Below, in pieces: positions 36,678-49,930 of a stretch of 64,000 nucleotides of DNA. How positions within the stretch are numbered: position 1 is the stretch's first letter; every line of letters starts with the position of its first letter. The notes below the pieces were generated by a model, which had not been told where the DNA came from, did no database searches, and saw nothing but the letters and a program-made list of their open reading frames with translations. This stretch comes from Mobula hypostoma. Its lineage: Eukaryota. The translations under genes were made by a program, and so were the position numbers. Location: positions 210,554,001 through 210,618,000 of the forward strand of contig NC_086097.1 of the NCBI RefSeq assembly GCF_963921235.1, written 5' to 3'.

Positions 36678-36939
36678 TGGGTAAACCCTGTCTGTGAATG
36701 CGCTGCCCAGTTCTGAACAACGGTACTTTAAAAATGTTTTTCTCCCATTAAATACAGCATAGTCCATTGGAATATATATTTAAATAATTGAACAGTTATG
36801 TACTTTTCACTGGCCCAAGACCAGAATTGTTCATGATGTGGATGCACAATATAATGAACTGTAATGTAGATGCTGCTTCCCGTGCATGATGATGTAAGGA
36901 GAAAAACATCTCTATCCTTTAGTCTAACCACCTTTTCAG

Positions 36940-37310
36940 AAGGCAATGTTTTATCATGCTAATTCGAATCTGATTAATAATATCAATATATCCATTACTC
37001 ACTGCAAGCTAACAATCAAACAACAATGTGTTTCCCTTTCAGCTTTCATTTTCAAGAGGATTGTCCTTTTGCCCCATTTTTGTTGTTAATGTTGGCATGG
37101 TCACATAGATTTTTTGTGCTTTGCCGAATAATCTAAGAAAACTGGCCAGTGAAAATTTTTGTAATTAGTGTCCAAGAAACTGACAGCATATGATTTGCTC
37201 TGCAACCAATCTAACTTGTGGAAACACGGTCTATCAATTTATGGATAGGAAGGCCACAATAAGAATGCAAATATTAATTTAACATGCACTTCCCAGAAGC
37301 AATCACCTGA
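36940..37310. promoter_or_regulatory. Candidate enhancer
   Basis: AACAATG (37022), TGACAG (37181), ATCAATTTATGG (37233) and the octamer ATGCAAAT (37265) in TE-free sequence. Confidence 0.3.
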
Positions 37311-38050
37311 GCTTTTTCCTCTTGAGTAGGATACAAATACATTACCACTGAGTAAAGATAATGTACAGTTTGGTTGGTTTGGACCGACTGAAATCTACTA
37401 AATGGTAAAATTGCAAGGTAAGTATCTTGAGATTTCTCCTCGATCTTTCAATTAGTCAAGTAAGACCCAAGGATAAATTTTGCAGAGTATGAAGCTTTCA
37501 TCAAAATAAGCAAGATCAGTAAATTTATTTTAATATTAAGTAATAAATTATAATTACAAATGCATGTTAACTCCTGCACCATGTATCAGACCTCTGCTCT
37601 ATGATATATAAAATTGGGAAGGCTATCTTTAAGATTTAACTGCTGTGTTGTCAATTGATAGCTCCATGTTAACTATATTCAGTGATTTCGATTTTGAAAT
37701 CAATTGATTGGGCAGAAGAGATTCTGACTTTCTCCTCCAGTGAAAAGGTCCAGGACAAAAGGGATTTTTAGATTATGAGGACACTCAGTCCACGTTTATT
37801 GACGTTTAGAAATGCATGCGTTAAGAACTGATACAATGTTCCTCCAGTATGATATCACAGAAACACAGGACAGACCAAGACTAAAGCTGACAAAAACCAC
37901 ATAATTATAACATATAGTTACAACAGTGCAAAGCAATACCGAAATTTGATAAAGAGCAGACTATTGGTACGTTAAAAAAATGTCTCAAAGTCCCGATAGC
38001 CCCAACATCTCACGCAGACGGTAGAAGGGAGAAGCCCTCCCTGCCATGAG

Positions 38051-39442
38051 CAATGTTCCCTCTAATTTTTAGTAGACAGTGTGCGCAAAAACATTATGTT
38101 GTGCAAATTTTCTTCCTGTGACAGAAGTATGTGCGCACTAAATGCACACATGGCACAGTTTATGTAGGTTTACAAGATATTTGACATAAAACTGCACAGA
38201 ATAACAACAAAATAACATACATATTTAAGTCACTCGATTATTTTTTTGCTCTCCTGTCTTTGGCATTTACCCATTCTTTGTAAACTCTATGTAGACTAAT
38301 AGAACTTCCATCCAATTGATAGCTTTTGATTCTCATCAACGTATCCAAATGACATTCACCTAAATGGTTTCTCAGCTTGTTTTTGAGTTGATTCATTAGG
38401 CTAAAACCTCACTCACAGTCCGCACTAGACGCAAGAAAGGTTCCCCCAATGTCCATCAACTGTGCAAGGTCACAAAACTGTTCATTTTGAAGTACAAATG
38501 CCACCATTTGAGCAAAGTTTGAAATCGGTTTGGATTTAATTTTTTCTTGCATAGAAAATTTGAAATCATTAAACTGTCTAACCATCTTACAATATTTTTA
38601 GATAGAAAATCATGATATTTTAGACAGAAGGCATTAAGTTGTTCATTGCCAAGTATGAAGTCACAACCTGCAATTGCGGAGAAATCAAAAGCTGACCATT
38701 CTTGTACCTCAACTTCGATCTCCTCTGGGTTTGATCGTTTTCGCTCTTGCCCATCTGCACTCAACCGTAACATGCGTAGCACTCCTGTGATGGGTATGAC
38801 GGGTTCTGTTGCCTGATCTTTTGTACACCATCCAAATGCGATTTACTTGCCAAATGATGGTTCAAAAAGTCAAGTTTCCAAATATCATCCCACTTTTTTT
38901 CCACTAGAAAAATCTCCAGCAACTTTCGCATCACGACAATACAAACAGGTAACTCCCATCATAAATATTTCTTGTAGCTGAACGTTCATGACCTCATGAG
39001 CTTTCGGTGTAGAAGTTTCTACTATTTTGTTAAGCCACTCAACTTTAAACAAATTTGCAGTTCTTTTGTGCCTCACGCCCTTTGCTTCTTTTGAATTCGA
39101 CATAGTGAATCAATATTTTTTCCAATAAAAACTTAGTAAGCTATCTACAGGATTTGAAACAGATCTTTGTAAACTTTACGATCTGAACACTTCCCGCCAA
39201 ACATAGCTGCCACCGTGATGCAGCTGTACAAACCAGAACAGGATAGGTGAGGTGACGTAAATTAGTGACATGCATTGTGGTATTTGAAAAACCGACTAGC
39301 TAGATAACAGAAACAGTTAGCTAAAAGATTATTTTCAATAAGTATAATTATTAATTACTACATTATTTTAGGTAACTAACCTTTTGTGCGCACATTTATT
39401 TCCTTTGTGCGTGTGCACGCGCACAGCTTAGAGGGAACTATG
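38051..39442 (-). mobile_element. hAT DNA transposon, internal-deletion derivative
   Basis: TIRs CAATGTTCCCTCTAA / TTAGAGGGAACTATG (13/15 match), an 8-bp TSD GCCATGAG at 38043-38050 and 39443-39450, and subterminal GTGCGCA repeats. Confidence 0.92.
38239..39103 (-). pseudogene. hAT transposase remnant (N-terminal Zn finger plus C-terminal dimerisation domain, core deleted)
   Basis: N-terminus FKVEWL...CLYC...F..GKK...NHHLASKSH. C-terminus LAQLMDIGGTFLASSADCE*GFSLMNQLKNKLRNHL...LDTLMRI. Confidence 0.85.
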
Positions 39443-39929
39443 GCCATGAGCTTCCAGCGCCGCAAACTTGCCGATGCAGATATAAGGATAAGATTACTCA
39501 GGAGAGAAATTCAAAAATCGCCCTTCACACAAAGCATGGTAAATTCTCTTCCACGAAATTCAATAAATATGTATCATCAATCAACACCATTAAAAGGCAC
39601 TTGAACAAATATATGGAGAGGAGAGGATGAGAGGGGTATGGGCCAAATGCTGGCAAATGGGATGAGGCTGGTTGGCATAGCCAAGTGGGCCGAATGACCT
39701 GCTTTCATGGTGTATGACATTCTGATTCTATGATAATAAAATCAACAATTTCAGAGTTGGGAGAGACACACTTTATTAGCAAAGGGTGAAAAGTTCATGA
39801 AGATAAAACATGCATTTGATTTAAATTCTGATCAGTGACAGGCAAAAACGTCTCAATAGACTGAATAACCTAATCTGTTCCATTTTGTTCATGTCAAAGG
39901 ATAATTTCCCTCTTACAGTTATGAGTATA

Positions 39930-41135
39930 CACTCAGTGGCCACTTTAAGTATGTCCTCTTCAGGGTTAGATGTGCTGTGCATTCAGAGTTGCTCTTCTGC
40001 ACACCGCTGTTGTAACATATGGTTCACCCTCCTGTCAGCTTGAATTAGTTGGCTATTCTCCTCTGACCTCTCTTTTTAACAAGCTGCTTTTGCCAACAGA
40101 ACTGCCACTCACTGTTTTTTTAAATTTTTCCCACCATTCTCTGTAAACTCTGTAGAGTGTTGCACATGAAAATCCCAAGAGATTAGCAATTTCTAAAGTT
40201 AAAAGTAAATTTATTATGAAAGTACACATATATCACCATATACTATCCAAATATTCATTTTCTTGCAGGCTTTTGCAGTAAAATACAAAGAAACACAATA
40301 GAATCAATGAAAAGCTGCACACACCAAGACATCAATCAGCCAATGTGCAAAAGACAACAAACTGAGCAAATCCAAAAAGAAAAACAAAACAAAATAATAA
40401 TAGTAAATAAATAAACAATAATTATGAGATGAAGAGTCCTTGGAAGTGAGTCCATCGGTTATGGGAACAATTCAGTGTTGGGTGAGTGAAGTTATCCCCT
40501 CTAGTTCAAGAGACTGATGGTAGAAGGGTAATAACTGTTCCTGAACCTGGTGGTGAGGGTCCTGAGGCTCCTGTACCACCTTCTGGATGGCAGCAGCAAG
40601 AGCAGAATATGGATTGGATGGTGGGGGTCTTTGATGATGGATGCTGCTTTCCTGTGACAGCGCTCCATGTAGATGTGCTAAATGGTTGGGAGAGGGGTTT
40701 TATCTGTGATGGATTGGATTGCATCCACTACTTTTTGTAAGCTTTTCCATTCAAGGGCATTGATGTTTCCCTACCAGTCAATATTCTCTTCACTACACAT
40801 CTATAGAAGTTTGTCAAAGTTTCAGATAATATGCCAAACCTTTGCAAACTTCTGAGAAAGTAGATGTGCTGTCATGCTTTCTTTGTATTGACACTTCTGT
40901 GCTGGACCCAGGTGATCCTTAAACCATACCATATGACACTAACAATCATTTCACAGTCAAAGTTACTCAGATCATATTTCTTCCCCATTTACATGATTGC
41001 TCTGAGCAACAACTGAACCTCTTGACCATTTCTGCATGCTTTTATGCATTGAGTTGCTGCTACATGCTTTGCTGATTAGATACTTGCATTAACGAGCAGG
41101 TGTACAGAATTAGGTAACAAAGTGGCCACTGTGTG
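39930..41135 (-). mobile_element. Tc1/mariner deletion derivative, split by Rex1
   Basis: TA|CACTCAGTGGCCACTTT ... AAAGTGGCCACTGTGTG termini. The minus strand holds a Tc1 transposase N-terminal remnant (..RGQRRIA....ADRR...YNSGVQKSNSE..). Confidence 0.8.
40195..40911 (-). mobile_element. Rex1/Babar 3' fragment
   Basis: UTR and RT C-terminal remnant homologous to 25948-26810. Confidence 0.8.
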
Positions 41136-41551
41136 CATATTTTCTTTTATTTAAGGCTGTTAATTGACATGATGTATTCATCCACATTATTGTTGGGGTT
41201 CTATCACTATATCTGGTATTCTGTTTTCATAAATAGGTTTCAGCTCTAACAGCTCTATCTGCTCACATACAGACAAAATGGTAAAAAGGATAGAGTCAAC
41301 ATCCTTCACAACTTGAACCCACCCAACATCATAGGTTTGTTCAAATAAATGTCAACTCTGTTTCTCTTCCCACAGTTGCATCCCGACCTATGGGGCATTT
41401 GGAATATTTAAGGTTTTTCTTTAGATTTCCAACATCTATAGTTTTTTTTTTGTTTGAGTTATGCCCAAGTAGATGTGGAAATATTAAATATTAGGATCAA
41501 GTACTCAATCCTTTTCATACCCTTTTACATTCTGTGATCGATACTCACTGT

Positions 41552-41858
41552 CTAGGATAACCAATGAAGAAGTTCTACAGAGAACGAAAACAAAACGTGC
41601 ATTACTTAAAAAAATCAGAAAACAGCAATCAAAATTCTTTGGACACATCATGAGAAGAGAGACATTAGGACATTTAGTTACAATTGGAAAGCTGGAAGGA
41701 AAAAGAAGCAGAGGCAGATAGAGAATGAAAATGATAGATGGAATAACATCATGGTTAAAAGTACAGGAGGCAACAACTACAATTTGAAGAGTCAGGGACC
41801 ATGATGGATGGAGAGACATGATTGCCCACGCGGAACAGCAAGACACCTGTACGAATGA
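41552..41858 (+). mobile_element. RTE LINE 3' end (second RTE family)
   Basis: Translates RITNEEVLQR...KFFGHIMRRETL..LVTIGKLEGKRSRGR...WRDMIAHA. Confidence 0.8.
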
Positions 41859-42084
41859 TTCACTGTCCAGGGCCAGAGGGCCTTTTTTGCCAAGCTCAGC
41901 TTTCTAACAGCAGCTGACGCTTGTAGAGATCAAAGAGTTTCTTTTGAATAAGTTACACTTCCAACCAATATACTTTATTTGACTTATTGTCATAAATGGG
42001 TGCAGTCTTCAGTTCTCAATGCAAGCCATAATCAGTCTGAAGTTAAAAGAATGGCTTTGCAAATAAATAGCATTGTATATAGGC

Positions 42085-42877
42085 GGAGCTTAGGAGTGTT
42101 AATGGCACCTAATGGTGACTCCTTCGCTTGCACCTTCGGAAACAGCTCTATTTCCATAATTAGTATCTCTATTTTCCCCTTTCAGGGTTCTTTTGAAGAC
42201 CCTGACCTGCAGTTACATGTTGACTACGGTTCTTTGCGGGAATGGGACCCGTTCTCAGAGTTTCACAGCTGCTGTTGTTCGGCATGCCAAGGGCTCAGCC
42301 TAAGAACTCTGCTTGCCTTTGGAGGCCTGGGATCTCGTGGCTCTGGAGATGGGGAGTTGGAGGTCGGTGCCTCTGCAGGAGATCTGTGTGTCGTTGGGGA
42401 AGGAAGATCTCGTGGAGACCCAAGATCTTTAGGCACAGAGCGTGGAAAAATCAATGCAACGGACCTTTAACATCATAAACCAGCGAGTTGTTTGTTATGT
42501 CTCCCCTCTTGCTGTGAAATGGAGACACATCTTTCTTCCTTATTAGGGAGAGGAAGAGCCAGTGGTATGTCGAATGCCAGGTGAACAATGTAATCTTTGG
42601 AGTACTGCAAGTCCGTGTCTTTGCTGTTGCCTTGCTCGTGTTTGAGTGCTTGGTGGCAGGTGCGAATGCTTTTTTTGTCGGTGGAGGGAAGGGGGATTGT
42701 TGATTGCTGCCACTTATGCGCGGGAGGGAAAGGAGCTAGGGGGACTTTGGGGTTCTAACATTTAACTGTCATTCTTTGGGGGCACTCCTCTGTTTTCATG
42801 GATGGTTGCGAAGAAAAAGCATTTCAGGATGTGTATTAGATATACTTCTCTGACATTAAATGTACCTTTGAAACCTT
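42085..42877 (+). mobile_element. About 800-bp non-autonomous retroposon (copy 1)
   Basis: Homologous over its length to 61849-62655 (opposite strand), ending ATTAAATGTACCTTTGAAACCTT. Confidence 0.75.
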
Positions 42878-44110
42878 GCTATAGAGCATAGACTGCTGGC
42901 TAACTATTCAAGAGATGCAGTGTAAGACAATAAGGTTATGGTAATTGGGCCTGTATCAAACACAACAATGTCGGCTAAGTTACATAGTTCAAGGAAGTTT
43001 GCAAACCAGATTGATACTATCACATAGCAATCAAATTCCTAATCTATTAACAGTTGGAAGGCTTGTAGACTCAGAGTCAGCTTCACAGTATTAATTGTGG
43101 GTGTATAGGAGATCTGTCCCCAGAAGCTTTTAGACCACCTGTGTGAAATGGCATTTGAAAAGAAATCATGTGTATGAAGTCACCTAAATGGCAGAAAAAC
43201 AGTGTATCTTAAGAGAGCAGCCAGACATGTTAGGAATGGTCCAGGAACATCAAGAAGAATGACAGAAAGATGGGCTGAACCAGAATCCATTCCTCTGCCT
43301 TTGCTTTCTGCGACAGATGATTCATTCATCTGCAACTCATTGGTATGCATTTTTAGCATGAGGATTTGTATCTGTGGTTGAAAATCCTTTCTTTATTTTT
43401 TAGAAATAATTTATTATTTGGAAATGTTTTATAAGATAGAAATCCTTTGAGTTTTAAATGTATTTTAAGAATTTTATCTAACTTTAAATTGGTATCACTA
43501 AAATTAAATTAAAAATAAATGTGTTTAAATTACTTTGTTAGCTGGAAGTATTTCCTCCTTGATAGGGAGGGGAGACCCACTGCTCAAATAGTGGGTACTG
43601 GCAGCTAAACTTGCCATGGAGGATAAACAGAGAAGTGAACTAGTCTTTGATGGGTAGGTAGCTACAGTATAGCCTAGCTTTAGAGAGGATATAAGTAGCT
43701 ATCTATATTGGATAGGACTCAAGATCTTTGTTTGAGTTTAGAACTATGCAGTCAGCATGATGACATTGGGTTTGCTGTCCAGGAAGTTCTAAGCTCAAAT
43801 AAGGACCTTAAGCTCTATCAAATATAAATTGCCATGAGTACTCTCACTAAAGGGAGATTACACTGTAACTACCCAAGTTTCAAAAAGACTAGTTTACTTC
43901 TCTATTTATTCTCCACCGTGAATTCAGCTGCAAATTACCACTATTCAAGCAGGTCTCTCCTCTGTAGCAAGAAGAAGAAATTTCCAGCTCACAAAGCATT
44001 TTAAAAGACAATATATTTATTTGCAGTAATACACATTTAAATCCCCACAATATTCTTAAAATACATTTAAAACTCACAGAAGATTTCTATCTTAAACATG
44101 TCCGAATTAC

Positions 44111-44184
44111 AAAACCATTTCCAAAACACAAAGCATTTCTAAAACACAAAGGATTTTGAAAATACAAAGGATTTCCAAAACACA
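44111..44184. repeat. 18-bp minisatellite x about 4
   Basis: AAAGSATTTYYAAAACAC-like units in tandem. Confidence 0.8.
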
Positions 44185-44789
44185 GATACCAGTTCTATAA
44201 ACTAAAAAGACATGCTAATGATACCCATAAAAGAATCATTCATCACAGAAACCAAAGCTAGGGGAATGGATTATAATCGCCTTTTCTGTGTTCTTTCATG
44301 CTTCTTGATGTTTCTTATCCCATTCCTAATAAGCCTGAACTGCTGTCTATGTTTATAATCTTTTCTGCCACTTAGGTGACTTCACATGCATTGGATATTT
44401 CCTCAGATACTCTTTTTAAACAAAATGTCTAAAAGCTTCTTTTAGACATAGTTCCCAGCTTTCCACCATCAATTCTGTAAAGCTAACTTCCTAGAATACG
44501 TAAAACTCCCAACATTAATAGTTCAGTTATTTGATATGCTGAATGATAGTATCCATTTGGCCTGCAAGTTTTCTTGAATTAAGCAACTTAGCCTGTGTTG
44601 TCTGTTTTGAAACAAGCTGAATTAAATAACAATTGTCTTATGCTGTAGTCTTGACCAGCAATAAGACAGATGCAATGAGCTACAGGATACATGCTACTTC
44701 TCACAGCAATGTCTGCTATATATAGAAATTGTTTTCAAAACTATGTGTTTAACTTTAAGCTGATTATTGCTTTCCATTTACATTTACAT

Positions 44790-46027
44790 TCAGCCCTTCG
44801 AGTCTGCTCCGCCATTCAATCATGGGCTGATCCAATTCTTCCAGTTATCCCCACTCCCCTGCCTTCTCTGCATTCCCTTTGATGCCCTGGCCAATCAAAA
44901 ACCTATCTATCTCTGCCTTAGATGCCCAGCGACTTGGCCTCCACAGCTGCTCATGGCAACAAATTTCACAGATTTACCACCCTCTGACTAAAGTAATTTC
45001 TCTGTATGTCTGTTCTAAATGGAGGTCCTTCAATCCTTAACGTGTCCTCTTGTCCTGGACTCCCAAGAGCTGCCAGACGTTTCTCATACGGTAACCCTTT
45101 CATTTTTGAAATCATTCTCGCGAATCTTCTCTGAACCCTCTTGAATCTCAGTATATCCTTTCTAAAATAAGGTGCCCAAAACTGCACACAATACTCTAAG
45201 TTTGGTCTCACGAGTGCCTTATAGAACCTCAACAACACATCCCTGCTTATATATTCTATTCCTCTAGAAATGAATGCCAACATTGCACTTGCCTTCTTCA
45301 CCACTGGGTCAACCTGGATGTTAACCTTTAGGGTATCCTGCACAAGGGCTCCCCAGTCCCTTTGTATCTCTGCATTTTGAATTCTCTCTCCATCTAAATA
45401 ATAGTCTGCCCATTTATTTCTTCCACCAAAGTTCATAACCATACACTTTCCAACATTGTATTTCATTTGCCACTTCTTTGCCCATTCCTCTAAACTATCT
45501 AAGTCTCTCTGCAATCTCTCTGTTTCCTCAACACTACCCACTCCTCCTCCTATCTTTGTATCATCTGCAAATTTAACCACTAATCCATTAATCCCATAGT
45601 CCAAATCATTGACAGACATTGTAAAAAGCAGCGGTCCCAACACCGACCCCTGTGGAACTCCACTGGTAACCGGCAGCCAGCCAGAATAGGATCCCTTTAT
45701 TCCCACTTTCTGTTTTCTGCCATTCGGCCAATGCTCCACCCATGCTAGTAACTTCCCTGTAATTCCATGGGATCTTCTCTTGTTAAGCAGCCTCATGTGC
45801 GGCACCTTGTCAAAGACCTTCTGAAAATCCAAGTACACCACATCTACTGCATCTCCCTTGTCTACCCTGCTTGTAAATTCCTCAAAATATTGCAGTAGGT
45901 TAATCAAGCAGATTTTTCCTTTCAGGAAACCATGCTGGCTTTGGCCTATCTTGTCATGTGGCTCCAGGTACTCTGTAATCTCATCCCTAACAATCAATTC
46001 CAACAACTTCCCAACCACTGATGTCAG
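44790..46027 (-). mobile_element. CR1 LINE RT plus 3' UTR (same subfamily as 19773-22577)
   Basis: 350-aa ORF 44966..46018 with QHGFLKGK, DFQKVFDKVPH, GVPQGSVLGPLLF and KFADDTK. Confidence 0.92.
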
Positions 46028-46734
46028 GAACTCTAGATTGATTATAAGAACTGAAGGCTGATTCAGAAACTAAACAAAGCAACATTAGTTGGAAATTTGC
46101 TTACAACTGTTTGTTGATCTTACAAGTGGCAGCTGCTGTGTTTAGAAAGTAAGCTTGGCAAAACATGAGCACTGCCCAGAAAGCAAATAACCATCACCTC
46201 AGCAACCCAATACCATCACAACTTAAGATGCCTGGTTTGTCAAATTAAATCAAAGGGATTGCTCTTGGCAGAGTCTCTCTCCCAGAGTGAAGCATTTCTG
46301 TCTTTATTGCAGTAGTCACTAATTTGATTTACAGTGCTTTGATCATCTTATTTGACAGTATTATCCAGTATAACTAGTAAATGAACTACAGTAGATCATA
46401 GAAGGGCTTATAGGGTCAAAAATTAATGTTTTTTTAATTGTTTTATTTACTGTCAAAATTTTGTGTCTGTCACCATCAACTAAAATCCTGATTGGCAATT
46501 TTATTATGCTAGGAGTAAACTATGTAAACTAATCAGAGTCTTGTGTATTCTACAATATGAGACAAGTTAACAGAAAATGACAGTGGAGTTTTTAACTCCA
46601 AGTGCCTGACAGAAAACTGACATATATGAGTTCTGACCAAAGCATGTCATTTGCCATTCTGTGCCCTGGGCTACCATAAGGCCAGGCAGCTCAGATTTGC
46701 TGTCTCTTCCTGAAATATCGATCATCCCTTGGTC

Positions 46735-49700
46735 TACACCAAGGAGGTTCTTCGGACGAGAATAAGATTCCCAGATGGCATGTTGTCTCCTGGGTGCTAG
46801 AGTCCAGAACATCTCGGATCGAGCCATCAGCATTCTTAAGTGGGAGGGTGAAAAGCCAAAGGTCGTGGTCCATGTAGGTACCAACCACATGGGTAGAAAA
46901 AGTGATGAGGTTCTGCAAAAGGAGTTCAGGGTGTTAGGTGCTAAGTTAAAGGGCAGGACTTCCCGGGTTATGATCTTAGGATTGTTACCTCAGTTACATG
47001 CTAGTGAGGCCAGAGATAGAAAGACTATACAGTTTAACATGTGACTAAGGAGTTGGTCTAGGAGCAAGGGCATAAGAATTTTGGATGTTTGGGCTCTCTT
47101 CCAGGGAAGATGGGACCTGTACAGAAGAGACAGGTTGCACCTGAACTGAAAGGGGAATAATATCCTCGCAGAAATGTCTGCCAGAGCTGCTCAGCAGGTT
47201 TTAAACTAGAGTTGAAGGGGGCTGGGAACCAGAGTGCCAGAACTGTTAGTGGAGAGGTTGTGGGGACAAAGTCAGGAATCAAAAGGTTGAGCATGGTGCG
47301 ACTAATGTCCTGAGCTGCGTAGACGTGCTGAATGCAAGAAGCACCATAGGGAAGGCACATGAGCTCAGAGCACAAGGGATTATGATATTTTAAACATTAG
47401 TGAGTCTTGGTTTCATGGGGGTCAGGACTGCCAGCTCAATGTTCCGGGGTTACATTGTTTTAGTTGCAACAGAACAGGAGGGATTAAAGGAGGAGGGGGT
47501 GACATTACTAGTCAGGGAAGGTGTCACAGCAGTGACGAACTGGAGAACTCAGACTAGAGAACTATAATGGATGGGACCAAGAAATAAGAAGGTATGACCA
47601 CATTAATAGGGCTCTATTATAGACTACCCAAGAGTCCAAAGAATTTAAAGGAACTAACTTGTAGAGAGATCACAGACTGTTGCAGGAAGCATAAGGTTGT
47701 TACAGTAGGGGATTTTAACTTTCCACATGTTGATTGGAACTCCCATACTGTAAACAAAACAGATGGGATAGAGTTTGTCTAATGTTTTCAGGAATGTTTC
47801 TTTCATCATTATGTAGAACCCCCAGCAAGAGAGAGTGCAATACTGGATCCCCTACTTGGAAGGAGACAGGGCAGGTGACAGAAGTTTGAGTAGGGGAACA
47901 TTTTGCATCTAGTGATCACAATGCCATTGGTTTCAAAGTAAATATACAAAAAGATAACAGGTGTAGGGAACCTTGGGTTTCAAGGGATATTGAGCCCTTG
48001 GTTAAGAAAAACAGGAGGTGCATAGCAGGTATAGACAGTTAGGAACAAATGAGGTGCTTATGGAGCATAAGAAATGCAAGCGAACACTTAGGAAAGAAGT
48101 CAGGAGGACTAAAGAAGTCTCAAAGTTGCCGTAGCAGACAATGTAAGGGATATTCTACAGGGACAATGTAAGGGACAATGTTAGATATTCTACAGCTATG
48201 TTAACAGCAAAAGGATTGCAAGGGACACAATTAGTTCTCTGGAAGATCATAATGGTAATCCAATTGTGGAGCCAAAAGAGATGGGGCAGATCTTGAATGA
48301 ATTTGTTGCCTCTGTATTTACTCAGGAGACGGACACAGAAGTGAGGCAAAGCGGCAACGACTTCATGGACCCTGTACAGATTACAGAGGAGGAGGTGCTG
48401 CTGTTAAACAAGGGTGGATGAATCCCAAGGGCCTGTCAAGGTGTTTTCCCTGGACCCTGCAGAAGGGAAGTGCAGAAATTGCCATGGTACTAGCAGAGAT
48501 ATTTAAATCTTCCTTCGTGACAGGTGAGGTACCAGAGGATTGTAAAATGTTGTTCCACTTTTTAAGAAAGGTTCTAAATATGAACCAGGAAATTATAAGC
48601 TGGTGAGTCTGACATTATTAGTGAGAAAGTTATTGGAAGGTATTCTAAAGGACCGGATATGTAAGTATTTGGGTAGACATGGAGTGATTAAGGATAGTTA
48701 GCATGGGTTTGTGCTTGGTAGGTCATGTCTAACTAATCCTAAAGAGATCTTTGAGGAAGTTAGCATGAAAGTGGATGGAGGCAAGGCAGTGAATGTAGCA
48801 AGGCGTTTGACAAGCTGTCACATAGGAGGTTGGTCAGGGAGTTTCAATCACTCAGCATTCAAGAGAGGTATAAATTGGATTAGACATTGGCTTTGTGGGA
48901 GAAGCCCGAGAGTGGTAGTAGATGGTTGCCTCTCTGACTGGAGCCCTGTGACGAGTGGAGTGCCACAGGGATCGGTGCTGGATCTGTTGTTGTTTGTCAT
49001 CTATATCAATGATTTGCATGATAGTGTGGTTAACTCAATCAGCAGATTTGAGGATGACAAATAGATTGGAGGTATAGTGGACAGCAAGGAAAGCTATCAT
49101 CATTTGCAGCAGGGTCTGGAGCAGCTGGAAAAATGGGCTGAAAAATGACAGATGAAATGTAATGCAGACAAGTGTGAGGTGTTGCACTTTGGTAGGATCA
49201 ACCAGGGGAAGTCTGATGCAGTGAATGGAAGGGTACTGAAGAGTGCTGTAGAACAATGGGATCTGGGAATACAGGTCCACAATTCATTGAAAGTGGCATC
49301 ACAGGTAGATAAGGTTGTAAAGAAAGCTTTTGGCACGTTGGCCTTCATAAATCAAAGTTTTGAGGACAGGAGATGGAATGTTATTTTTGTAAGGCTTAAT
49401 ATGGAGTATTGTGTATAGTTTTGGTCACCTACCTACAAGAAAAATGTAAACAAGGTTGAATGAGTACAGAGAAGATTTACAAGGATGTTACCAGGTCGAT
49501 AGCACATGGTTATAAGGAAATAGTAAATATGTTAGGACTTTATTTCTTAGAATGTAGAAGATTGAGAAAATATTTGTTAGAAGTACACAAAATTGTGAAG
49601 GGTATAGATAGAGTAAATGCAAGCAGGCTTTTTCTACTGAGGTTAGGTGGAACTATAATCAGAGGTCATGTGTTAAGGGTGAAAAGCAAAAAGTTTAGGG

Positions 49701-49930
49701 AAACTTCTTCACTGAGGGTCGTTAGAGTGTGGAATGAGCTGCCAGCAGATATGGTACATGCAAGCTCGATTTCAACTTTTGAGAGAAGTTTGGACAGGTA
49801 CATGGATAGTAGGTGTATGAAGGGCACCCCGCTGCAGCTCAATGGGAGTAGACAATTTAAATGATTCTACATGGATTAGATGGGCCAAAAGGTCTGTTTC
49901 TATGCTATACTTTACTCTGACTCTATGACT
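46735..49930 (+). mobile_element. CR1 LINE with ORF1 SGNH/GDSL esterase remnant and degraded ORF2
   Basis: ORF 46775..47044 reads CLLGARVQN...VVVHVGTNH..., with DRLHLN downstream. ORF2 motifs YYRLP, VGDFNFP and GVPQGSVL follow, then a (CTCTATGA)-type tail. Confidence 0.88.

Larger units (their letters stand above)
37768..39479 (-). mobile_element. Non-coding retroposon 3' fragment hosting the hAT element, itself within an old CR1 3' end
   Basis: 37768-38050 continues at 39451-39479. The flanks at about 37725-37767 and 39480-39735 resemble a CR1 3' end. Confidence 0.5.

Noticed and set aside
48138..48195. Short GACAATGTAAGG repeats
   Set aside because: Local slippage duplication inside a dead CR1.
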